The translations under genes and the position numbers were made by a program. Shown in pieces: positions 1-8,083 of a DNA stretch of 39,470 nt (its first letter is position 1; each line of letters opens with the position of its first letter). The stretch is from an uncultured Dehalococcoidia bacterium. GTDB taxonomy: Bacteria > Chloroflexota > Dehalococcoidia > SZUA-161 > SpSt-899. The stretch is taken from the NCBI GenBank assembly GCA_965612975.1, contig CBFDTP010000003.1, positions 1-39,470 on the forward strand, read 5' to 3'. The notes under the pieces are model-generated. The model saw nothing but the letters and a program-made list of their open reading frames with translations, was not told where the DNA came from and searched no databases.

Positions 1-4
1 TTTT

Positions 5-70
5 CAAGCAGAAGACGGCATACGAGATCATGCCTAGTCTCGTGGGCTCGGAGATGTGTATAAGAGACAG
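5..70 (+). other. Illumina Nextera adapter (P7 + i7 index + Tn5 mosaic end), technical contamination
   Basis: CAAGCAGAAGACGGCATACGAGAT (P7, 5-28), index CATGCCTA (29-36), GTCTCGTGGGCTCGG (37-51), AGATGTGTATAAGAGACAG (52-70). Confidence 0.99.
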
Positions 71-259
71 GCAAAGAAGAGGGGGATCTAAGTGGTCGAG
101 GGTTCCAAGAGTTATCATTGATGGATGACTTAGGAGCAGATCTACTGTTGTAAAAAATTAAAGAGGTTAGAAAAAAGCTGAAGACCTTTTCTTATTCTTT
201 TTCTTTAGGGGGAAATTTCAGCCGGTAGGGGATCCAAAAGAAGAATATAAGGTAAAAAA

Positions 260-1570
260 GTGATCTCGCAATTTACTGTTCATAATTTTAAACCGATTGA
301 AAAGGCGAAGTTTGAGTTTAAAAAGCTGAACCTTCTCATCGGGCCTAATAATTCGGGAAAAACTTCAGCCCTTCAAGCCCTTGCCTTTGTTCTCCAAGGA
401 AAGTTATTAGGGACTTCATTCGAAGAAGAATTTATAAACCTCCGCCCCCTTAGGGAATTCGTCTTCAGGAAGGATATAAATCGCTCCCTTGGATTCTCCC
501 TAACCTTTTCCTTCGATCAGGGGGAGTTGCAAAGGATAAAGGAGTGGATGGGAGAAACGCCTTTTAAGGATTTCGATTTCTCGGCTCTTACCTTAGAGTT
601 CGGCTTCCCCGTGAAACAAAACCTTTCCTATACCTATGCAACCTCGATCTCGGCAAAGCTTTTGGATAAGGCGGGCAAATTGATTCTAGGTGTGGAGGCG
701 TCGCCAAGAAAGAAAGACCTCCTCCCAGAAGGCCTTCGGAAAGAAGATGTGGGAGAGATTTTGCTCTCGGGGTTTATTCCTTATAATTCGAAACATAACA
801 CGGAATGGGCAAAGCTTCATGATTTTCTAAGGAAGGAGAAACTTCGCAATTTCTTTTGGCTAAAGACCCTGAGAGCCGTTGGGCCTATGCCAAAGGAGGT
901 AAAAAGAGGATTATCAGACGTAGGCCAGCATGGCGAACTCACGTTGGATGTCTTAGCGGATATCCGTGATGATGAGGATTGTGTGGACATATGGGATAAA
1001 ATCGGTGAATGGATCACCCCGTTTGGCTTTAAGGAGATTATCCCCAAGCATGAAGGCGAGGGAAAATATTCCCTTCTCCTTCGGGACGCCGACTTTAACA
1101 TTAGAATCCTGAAAGACCATCTGGGCTTTGGGATAGATCAACTCCTCCCAGTTATAGTACAGTGCTTTTATACCCACAAAGGAGAGCCAAAAGAGGCGAT
1201 AATTTTCATCGAGCAGCCCGAGATTCATCTCCACCCAGCAATGCAGGCAGAAGTCGCTGACCTTTTTATAGACGCCGTCGGCTGGGGGAAGCAGCTCATT
1301 GTTGAAACCCATTCCGAACATCTTCTCCTCCGCCTCCAGCGTCGTATAGCAGAAGGGAGGATCTCTCACGAAGACGTAGGTATCTTCTATTTTGAAAAAA
1401 CTCAAAAAGGCACGGGTGTTAAAAGGGTCGAGCTCGATGAGATGGGGAGGTTTAAGGAGAGGAAGCCCTTCCCTGGCTTCTTCGAAGTGGAATTTGAGGA
1501 CGCCTTAAAGCAGACTGAGGCGATTTTCCAGAGGTTCAGGAAGAAAGATGGGGAAGGAAGTGGTCCTTAA
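260..1570 (+). CDS. ABC-type ATPase (AAA_15/AAA_21-like) with DUF3696-like C-terminus
   Basis: Walker A GPNNSGKT, signature LGFGIDQ, Walker B IIFIEQPEIHLHP, H-loop VETHSEH, C-terminal LDEMGRF..PGFFE; GTG start after AAGGT. Confidence 0.9.
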   Translation: MISQFTVHNFKPIEKAKFEFKKLNLLIGPNNSGKTSALQALAFVLQGKLLGTSFEEEFINLRPLREFVFRKDINRSLGFSLTFSFDQGELQRIKEWMGETPFKDFDFSALTLEFGFPVKQNLSYTYATSISAKLLDKAGKLILGVEASPRKKDLLPEGLRKEDVGEILLSGFIPYNSKHNTEWAKLHDFLRKEKLRNFFWLKTLRAVGPMPKEVKRGLSDVGQHGELTLDVLADIRDDEDCVDIWDKIGEWITPFGFKEIIPKHEGEGKYSLLLRDADFNIRILKDHLGFGIDQLLPVIVQCFYTHKGEPKEAIIFIEQPEIHLHPAMQAEVADLFIDAVGWGKQLIVETHSEHLLLRLQRRIAEGRISHEDVGIFYFEKTQKGTGVKRVELDEMGRFKERKPFPGFFEVEFEDALKQTEAIFQRFRKKDGEGSGP

Positions 1571-1982
1571 CACCTGGGTGATCGCAAAGGCCTCTTCTGA
1601 GGAGACTAAGAAGGAAATTGACGAGATAAAGAAATCCCGTGAGCTCCTAAGGAAGATTTATAATGAATGCCATAAAGTTATCTTTGACCGGGGTGAGATA
1701 TTTGAAGAGTGGAAGAGATATCTATACAGAAGCAAGGACACGACGATATGGTATGCGGCGATGTGGGCTTCAGGAAAGCTTGAGCCCAAGGAAGGGGAAG
1801 AAGTTGAACTTTCCAACTTCCCCGACCCCGATGATGAGAAGTTCGTGAGGGTTGCTTTGGTCTCAGGGGAAAGAGCTATTATTACAGGAGATCAAGAATT
1901 TTTAAACTGGGGAAGGAGCCAAGAAGCGAGAAGCCTTAATGTAGAGGTGTGGAGCGTCGAAGAGGCGCTGAGGAGGCTTTAG
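1548..1982 (+). CDS. PIN domain protein (PIN_3/VapC-like)
   Basis: VVLNTWV N-terminal strand and DPDDEKFVRVALVSGERAIITGDQEFL; overlaps the ATPase by 23 nt. Confidence 0.8.
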   Translation: MGKEVVLNTWVIAKASSEETKKEIDEIKKSRELLRKIYNECHKVIFDRGEIFEEWKRYLYRSKDTTIWYAAMWASGKLEPKEGEEVELSNFPDPDDEKFVRVALVSGERAIITGDQEFLNWGRSQEARSLNVEVWSVEEALRRL

Positions 1983-2080
1983 ATGAACGAAAGGTTAATC
2001 GAAAAATCACTCCTCCTCGCCGAGATCAACAGGCTCGGGGCAAGGGAAGCGAGTTTTATAAAGGGGACATCTGGGGGATA

Positions 2081-2110
2081 TTGACAAGCTTTCAAAAGAG
2101 AAACTATTTT
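2081..2110 (+). promoter_or_regulatory. Putative sigma70 promoter
   Basis: TTGACA (2081-2086), 18 nt spacer, TATTTT (2105-2110). Confidence 0.4.
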
Positions 2111-2426
2111 AAAACCTGAGGGTGCCTTCCCGTCAAGCGGATGCAGGAGAAATGTCAGCTCTTTGATATGCTACCCAACCTTTACTATTCAGGTATCACT
2201 TGTGTTTGAGCTTCCACGAGAGGCAGCAACCCAGCTTGGGCAAGGCAGAATTATCGTCCCTGTATGGGAAGAAAGGGTAGACTTTGAAACCAATATCTTT
2301 CCGATGACAGTAAAAATGTAGCAGCCTTCTAGTTATCAAGGTTATGTACTGGATGGCCACACGTCGAAAGCTGAAGGTGAGGAACACAGCCGGTGCCATC
2401 GCTCTGGCACTTGAAGGTAAAGCCCA

Positions 2427-3944
2427 ATGGCTAGAGTAACGTTGCTTGCCTTGTCCGTCGTTGTGTCGGCTTTGCTTCTGGGATGCGTGTCAACCGCGCC
2501 CGGTAGCACATACCATCCTCCACCAGGCAGGGCACCATCCCCGCCTTCAGGGCTTAGCGCAAAAGCTATCTCGTTCGATCGGATTGTTTTGCATTGGGTA
2601 GACAACTCTGACAACGAAGAGGGTTTCCATATTTATAGGGATGGCCTTCGCATTGATTCGGTAGGCCCAAATATAACAACTTTCACAGACCGAGATTTGA
2701 AATTCGGGACAACTTACAGCTACTGCGTTTCCGCTTATAACCAATTTGGTGAATCTTCTCGGACTTTGTCCGGTGAGATAAAAACCCCAAACCCTCCCAT
2801 CAAGGTAACCCTCCGAAAGGTGGGAGTCTACGAAAATGGAGAGGCCCCCTTACGGGAAGTCCTGGACCCGAAAGGAGAAATCTACCTATATGTTGTGGTC
2901 GAGGATGGGAAAGCACAAGAACCTAAACCATTGCGTGTTCCTTACCAAGATTACTATCATTTAAAGGACAATGAAATAACAGATGTAGATATGGAGGTCT
3001 TTTACACGCAGGAGGTCGGTAACTACCTTCACGTCTTTGTCAGCGCTTGGGAGAACGACGGTGGCGGATTTGAGCAGCTTGTACAGAGAGCTATCGGAAC
3101 AGCCATAATAGAAACAGCGACCGGGGGTACAGGGATTGGAGCGTTGTTCGGTGATGTATTAGGGAATTTAGTCGGCAAGTTCCTCGGTAGCGAGGATGAC
3201 CACATTGGAGATTATGAGCAGGTGTGGTATCCAGGCAAGTGCTGGGGTGCTGGGGAACATTGCGTAGAAAGAGGCAACTTAAGGCTATGGTTCGATATAT
3301 CCAGTCCGGCCTTTACGAAGGCAGCCCCTACTTGCACTTCTATGCCTAGAGAAACGCCTACCTCCCCAGCACCAGCTCCAATTGTGCCTTTTCCAGAGCC
3401 AAGCCCAGCAACGATATCAGTTACCCCCGCTCCAGCACCAGTTGTCCCGTCCTCACCATCTGTAGTTCCAAGTTCCATCACCGTCACTCTGGACAGCGTG
3501 TTTATCAAAGATGACCATGACCCCATAGGGAAAGGGGAAGTTTACTTCCTCGTCGCTTTAGCTAGCGAAGATGGTAGAGTCGGAGTATGGAGACGGATAC
3601 CTAGTGATGGCCACTTTTCAGTGGCATCGGGTGCCGTCATATGCCTACCCGCACCTGGTAACCTTCTACGATTCTCCGCAGATAGTAGGAATTACGGCCT
3701 ATATATTGGTGTCTGGGAAGAGGATCATCACGAGTGTTCCCGTTCCAAGCTAGCAACTTGGATGCGGCAAAGGCAGGGAGAATTCTGGCCTCAACTGTTA
3801 GATGCAACAACAAAGCTTTCCCAATGCGGAGACGACCTGATTGGCCAAGTTAGTAAGGTGGTTGGCCTCAATAACATAGGCCGACATACTTCCCTTGTGG
3901 GCGACTGTGAAGTTAATTACACTGTCTCAATAAAACCTCAATAG
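2427..3944 (+). CDS. Lipoprotein: fibronectin type III domain + two C2-like domains joined by a Pro-rich linker
   Basis: Lipobox LLGC; FN3 motifs PSGLSA..LHWVDNSDNEEGFHIYR..YSYCVSAYN; repeated D-P-x-G-E-x-Y / W-E-x-D / D-D-x-I-G motifs. Confidence 0.8.
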   Translation: MARVTLLALSVVVSALLLGCVSTAPGSTYHPPPGRAPSPPSGLSAKAISFDRIVLHWVDNSDNEEGFHIYRDGLRIDSVGPNITTFTDRDLKFGTTYSYCVSAYNQFGESSRTLSGEIKTPNPPIKVTLRKVGVYENGEAPLREVLDPKGEIYLYVVVEDGKAQEPKPLRVPYQDYYHLKDNEITDVDMEVFYTQEVGNYLHVFVSAWENDGGGFEQLVQRAIGTAIIETATGGTGIGALFGDVLGNLVGKFLGSEDDHIGDYEQVWYPGKCWGAGEHCVERGNLRLWFDISSPAFTKAAPTCTSMPRETPTSPAPAPIVPFPEPSPATISVTPAPAPVVPSSPSVVPSSITVTLDSVFIKDDHDPIGKGEVYFLVALASEDGRVGVWRRIPSDGHFSVASGAVICLPAPGNLLRFSADSRNYGLYIGVWEEDHHECSRSKLATWMRQRQGEFWPQLLDATTKLSQCGDDLIGQVSKVVGLNNIGRHTSLVGDCEVNYTVSIKPQ

Positions 3945-3954
3945 GAGACGGAAG

Positions 3955-4635
3955 ATGAGGAAAGCACTACTAATAGTTATGTCCTTTGCAGTCCTAGTTC
4001 TGCTCATTCCGAGCTGCTGGAATCCTGGTCTTAGACCCTCCCCCACGCAAACACCTGCGCGCAATGCGACACCTAATTGGTTCACGACGCACATTGTGGC
4101 AAAGAGGGTAGCTACTCCCTATGGGGACCATATCTATGCAGATGAAACAGATATAGGCGTGAGCGGTAGCTGTGAGTGTGTAGGTGGCACAGCGCATTAC
4201 GATTATAGATACGTAAAGACTAGGCAAAAAGGTGTTATGCAAGTAGCAGGGAAAGTACTTTTGCAAGATGCACCGCCTAAGATGACGATTCTGGTTGTAA
4301 GTTGCAGTAGCACATTCAATTCTCCTGTATTGCTAGATCAAATTCGTCGCGCGTTCAACACTGACCGGATTATTCCGAGCGACAGATACGTCGACTACAC
4401 ACTGGCGCTAAATGGTCAACGCTGGCTACTGGAAGGTAAGAGCTTAGGGGACATCTATATCATCTCGCCAGGATATCCAGTTTTGGTTTTTGACGGGATC
4501 CCCGCTGAAAGGGATAAGCGTCTTGAGCTTCCAGACATAACCCTACCGAAAAACAAAGTAGAGTGGGAAGTCCCCCCTCCGCCGGGCACTTGGTGGTTTG
4601 TCCGATGGGTTATGCGGCCCCGTTATGCCTACTAA
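3955..4635 (+). CDS. Hypothetical lipoprotein
   Basis: RBS AGGAG, signal peptide with IPSC lipobox, 226 aa. Confidence 0.7.
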   Translation: MRKALLIVMSFAVLVLLIPSCWNPGLRPSPTQTPARNATPNWFTTHIVAKRVATPYGDHIYADETDIGVSGSCECVGGTAHYDYRYVKTRQKGVMQVAGKVLLQDAPPKMTILVVSCSSTFNSPVLLDQIRRAFNTDRIIPSDRYVDYTLALNGQRWLLEGKSLGDIYIISPGYPVLVFDGIPAERDKRLELPDITLPKNKVEWEVPPPPGTWWFVRWVMRPRYAY

Positions 4636-4692
4636 TGCAAAAACCGGGACGTTATGTGTGGTTTTTGAGCCTTACATTCTTCCCAAATCCCT

Positions 4693-4797
4693 GCAAGGGC
4701 CATCCTAGGGAGGTCTCAGCGAGCCACATTTGAGACCTTGAGACGGATGAAGGAAAGGATACCCTTTGAGTGGAAGGGAATAGACTCCGATAATGGG
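4693..4797 (+). pseudogene. Integrase-core (rve) DDE transposase fragment
   Basis: Translates ARAILGRSQRATFETLRRMKERIPFEWKGIDSDNG; DSDNG is a typical second-catalytic-Asp motif; no start and no full ORF. Confidence 0.7.
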
Positions 4798-4804
4798 CTG
4801 GGAC

Positions 4805-5203
4805 TTAAACCACCGGCTGGTCCTTGCGATAGACGATGGCCTGACAGCGGGCGATGAGGGTTTGCTCGCGCCAGACCCTCATCTGATAGAAACCCAGCCG
4901 GCCAGCGATCCTGATCTCCTCGGCTTCAGCTACCAACCGGTCTCCCGGTCGGGCGCCCGCGAGGAGGTCGAGGCTGACGTTCACCGCATAGGCTTGCTGG
5001 TTGTGGGAATTCGAGGCGAAGGAGAAGGCCACATCGGCCAGGGTAAAGATAAAGCCTCCGTGACAGACCTGATTGAAGTTCTGATAATCCTCCTTCACCA
5101 GCCCTTCCACTCGGGCATAGCCCTCCCGTACCTCTTTTATCTTTATGTCAAGGAAGTTGGCAAAGGGGTCCTGCTTGAACTTGGTCAAGAGCCGCTCGTT
5201 CAT
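4805..5203 (-). CDS. PaaI-family hotdog thioesterase
   Basis: N..QVCHGGFIFTLADVAFSFASNS motif. Confidence 0.9.
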   Translation of the reverse strand: MNERLLTKFKQDPFANFLDIKIKEVREGYARVEGLVKEDYQNFNQVCHGGFIFTLADVAFSFASNSHNQQAYAVNVSLDLLAGARPGDRLVAEAEEIRIAGRLGFYQMRVWREQTLIARCQAIVYRKDQPVV

Positions 5204-6576
5204 TCCTCCTCCAATCCCCTAATCCTGGCCTTGGCTCTCTTCAGCCTGAGGTAGAACTCCTCCAGGACGGGGGTCTCGCAATACCTGACGTTGGGAAACA
5301 GCCTTGATCGGAGATCGCGCGAGAGAAGGAAGAGGTCAATGAGGTCAGAGTCCTCCGTGACGATAAATACCATTTCCCGGGGAAATTCGTCGCTGATCTT
5401 GAAGGAGGCCCGCAGGACCTCGACATCTACCCGGAGGCTTTCCTCACTTTGAAAGTCATCGGCCAGGGCTGAGACGAAGGCCTCGGCATCCTTTTCGGGC
5501 CTTTCCCTTTCGATCTGCTCCAGCAACTGCGAGAAGTGGCTCCGGAGTTTCCCCTTCAGCCTCTCCTCGTAGGCCTCCTCCACCCCCTTTACCGCCCGGC
5601 GGCGGTAGAGTTCGAGCCCTTTTTCCACCAGGGGCAGGCCCTTTTCCCCCTTGGCCAGCAGTGGAGCATGTTCCCGCAGCACATCCCGGGCCAGTGTCTT
5701 GCTGAGGAGCGCAGTATAGGAGTGAAGTGAGCTGGTGATCCAGTCATCCTTCCGGGGGATAACCCGGCCCCGGTTCCTCAGCTCCTCGATGAGGGAGAGA
5801 GCATTTTCCCTTTCCTCCCCTCGCCTTTGCAGTTCTTCATGCCCTCTCCTTACCCTTTCCAGCTCCTTCAGCTTCTTCTCCCTCTCCTCCTCGGCTTGCC
5901 GCAGGTAGGGGTAGGAGAAAAAGGGGACAGGGCTTTCTTCAGAGGCCTTTTTCGGTCCCAGCGAAAGGAACTCCTCTCCCTCCTCAAAATCAATTTTTAG
6001 CTGGCCAGCGGCCTTCCGGCACCAGCTAGAGATGACCTTCAGGTCGTCTCGGTCACCGAGATACCTCCTCATTAGATCCGGCTGGCTTGGCTCCTCCTGG
6101 GCCTCCAACCTTACCCGCTGTCCCCGGGACAGGGCCGAGGTCAGGACTGCCTTGACCACCGCGAGGTTGTAGTTCCGGCGTTCCCTCTCGAGTTCATCCA
6201 GAATGCGTTGTCCTTCCTGTTTTATCGCCTCTTCCCATTCCTCGATGTTCCGCTTGGAGCTGAGTAAGCTTAGCTTTTCCTCGAGGAAAAGTCTCTCCAC
6301 CAGTTCGGATACTTCGGGATATCTCTCCATTCCCTTGGCTTCCTCCAGCCAGTCCTTGATCTTCAGGATCTCACCAAGATGGGCTATCTCCTCCTCCAGC
6401 CGGACCATGTGCTGGGGGAGAAGCTCAAGGAGGGAGGTCCACCGCTCCACCTCTCGCACCACCCCCTGGGGACAGTAGAAATCGAAAACCTCCAGCAGCT
6501 CACGCGGCAGCCGGTTAAGGGCATTGGTGTCAAGGACGAAGATGGGGTTTTGCTCCAGGAGATTTAAATCGAGCAC
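5200..6576 (-). CDS. PIN-domain protein split by long coiled-coil insertions
   Basis: FVLDTNAL..CPQGVVREV at the N-terminus, VDVEVLRAS..FIVTEDSDL at the C-terminus, E/K/R/L-rich helices between. Confidence 0.7.
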   Translation of the reverse strand: MLDLNLLEQNPIFVLDTNALNRLPRELLEVFDFYCPQGVVREVERWTSLLELLPQHMVRLEEEIAHLGEILKIKDWLEEAKGMERYPEVSELVERLFLEEKLSLLSSKRNIEEWEEAIKQEGQRILDELERERRNYNLAVVKAVLTSALSRGQRVRLEAQEEPSQPDLMRRYLGDRDDLKVISSWCRKAAGQLKIDFEEGEEFLSLGPKKASEESPVPFFSYPYLRQAEEEREKKLKELERVRRGHEELQRRGEERENALSLIEELRNRGRVIPRKDDWITSSLHSYTALLSKTLARDVLREHAPLLAKGEKGLPLVEKGLELYRRRAVKGVEEAYEERLKGKLRSHFSQLLEQIERERPEKDAEAFVSALADDFQSEESLRVDVEVLRASFKISDEFPREMVFIVTEDSDLIDLFLLSRDLRSRLFPNVRYCETPVLEEFYLRLKRAKARIRGLEEE

Positions 6577-6872
6577 TATTCTCCCTCGAAGCGCTGCTCT
6601 AAAAAGCTCCTGAGCGCTTCTGGATCGCTGGTGATGACGAAAACCTCCTGCACCGCTGAAGGGGTGTAGGCCAGGAGCTTTACCCCGGTCTGGGTGGCAT
6701 ACTTGAAGCGAACCCTGAAGCCAGGGCTGGCTCCCCTGGTGGGCTTTATCTCGCCGGGGAAGATGGACTTCACCTCCTCCCGAGGCTCGAGCTCGTTTTC
6801 GAGAAATCCCCTTAGCCCGTGGATCATGCCGTGCTTATACTTTATCTTCGAGCTTCCTGCCCGGTACTTCAT
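6576..6872 (-). CDS. DUF2103-family protein
   Basis: KHGMIHGL..IFPGEI..GVKLLA..AVQEVFVIT pattern. Confidence 0.75.
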   Translation of the reverse strand: MKYRAGSSKIKYKHGMIHGLRGFLENELEPREEVKSIFPGEIKPTRGASPGFRVRFKYATQTGVKLLAYTPSAVQEVFVITSDPEALRSFLEQRFEGE

Positions 6873-7650
6873 GGCCTAGGGTGGCTTTAACCTGCTCAAC
6901 TATTCGGGGCAGGATCTCGCCGGTCCGGCCCCGAATCAGGTAATCGGAAACCCCCTCTCGGGTGAGGGGAGTGGGTTCGGCATTTATCTCAATTATCCGG
7001 GTGGTGGAGTGCCTGGCCTGGCGGGGGAGGGCGGCGAAGGGGTAGACCACCGCCGAAGTCCCACAAATGAGCATCAGGTCGCACTTCAGGGCCTCTTCTT
7101 GGGCTTGCTGCATAACATCCACGGGAATCGGCTCCTTGAAGTGGACCACATCGTACTTGAGTGGGCTTCCACACCGGCAAAGCGGGGGCAGGTTTTCCAG
7201 AGAGACCTCTTGCCAGTCCAGCCTTCGGCCACAGGCAGGGCATCTCAGCTTGTGAACGCTCCCATGGTATTCCAATACTCGCTTTGAGCCAGCCTTCTGG
7301 TGCAGCCCATCAATGTTCTGGGTGATGACGCATTTCAGTATTCCCAGCGCTTCCAGTTCAGCCAAGGCAAAATGTCCGGGGTTGGGCCTGGCCTCCCTCA
7401 CCTTTTGGTAGAAATCTCCATACTTGTCGCTCAGGCCCAGCATCTCTTCCCAGTAGGCCCGAGGATTCTTGAGAAATAGCTCGTACCTCTGGTAGGCCTT
7501 GGCCTCGGCTTCCGGGTTGGTGGTCCAGAGTCCTTTGGGGCCCCTGAAGTCTGGGATTCCGGACTCGGTGGAGATGCCGGCTCCGGTGAGAGCAATGGCA
7601 TACCGGCTGTTCACCAGTTCAGTCGCGGCGCGCCGGATCAGGTCATCCAT
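6835..7650 (-). CDS. cobB: NAD-dependent deacylase, sirtuin (CobB/NpdA)
   Basis: GAGISTESGIPDFRG, ITQNIDGLH, HG, Zn-binding CPAC..CRC, GTSAVVYP; start moved to ATG 7650. Confidence 0.92.
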   Translation of the reverse strand: MDDLIRRAATELVNSRYAIALTGAGISTESGIPDFRGPKGLWTTNPEAEAKAYQRYELFLKNPRAYWEEMLGLSDKYGDFYQKVREARPNPGHFALAELEALGILKCVITQNIDGLHQKAGSKRVLEYHGSVHKLRCPACGRRLDWQEVSLENLPPLCRCGSPLKYDVVHFKEPIPVDVMQQAQEEALKCDLMLICGTSAVVYPFAALPRQARHSTTRIIEINAEPTPLTREGVSDYLIRGRTGEILPRIVEQVKATLGHEVPGRKLEDKV

Positions 7651-7730
7651 AACTATCACTATTATGGCAAGTTTTCCCCTACTTTGCCACCCTTCGCTTC
7701 TTGCCGCAAGCCTCGGCTCCCTCAAGAGGC

Positions 7731-7759
7731 TTGACCGGCGTCAGGAGCGGGGTTAGACT
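7731..7759 (+). promoter_or_regulatory. Putative sigma70 promoter
   Basis: TTGACC-17-TAGACT upstream of the DUF167 gene. Confidence 0.55.
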
Positions 7760-7778
7760 GTAGTCAAGGCTGAGGTAA

Positions 7779-8072
7779 ATGGGCCGGAGTTCTGAGGAAC
7801 AGACCAAGCTACTGGTTCAGGTAAAACCGGGCAGCCGGCGAAATGAAATAATGGGCTTCCAGGATGGGGTACTGTCGGTGAGGATTGTTGCTCCCCCAAT
7901 AAAGGGCCGGGCGAATGAGGAGCTGGTCAGCTTTTTAAGCCAGCTTCTAGACGTAAGTCGCTCCTGCATCAGGGTAGAGAAAGGGTTCACCAGCAGGAGG
8001 AAGCTCCTGTTCATCGAGGGACTTCCCCAAGACCAGATCCTGGAGAGGTTGTCTGCCGGTCAGCGGGCATAG
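7779..8072 (+). CDS. DUF167 (YggU-like) protein
   Basis: VQVKPGSRRN..APPIKGRANEELV..GFTSRRK. Confidence 0.9.
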   Translation: MGRSSEEQTKLLVQVKPGSRRNEIMGFQDGVLSVRIVAPPIKGRANEELVSFLSQLLDVSRSCIRVEKGFTSRRKLLFIEGLPQDQILERLSAGQRA

Positions 8073-8083
8073 GGGGCAGGGAA

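Noticed and set aside
52-70. Tn5 mosaic end as a native transposon end
   Set aside because: It is embedded in the P7-index Nextera adapter
3355-3480. Repeat array in the lipoprotein gene
   Set aside because: Degenerate Pro/Ala-rich linker codons, not CRISPR or a VNTR
6835-7650. Sirtuin as a defence SIR2 NADase (Thoeris/DSR)
   Set aside because: Has the Zn-binding subdomain and full CobB-type motifs of a housekeeping deacylase
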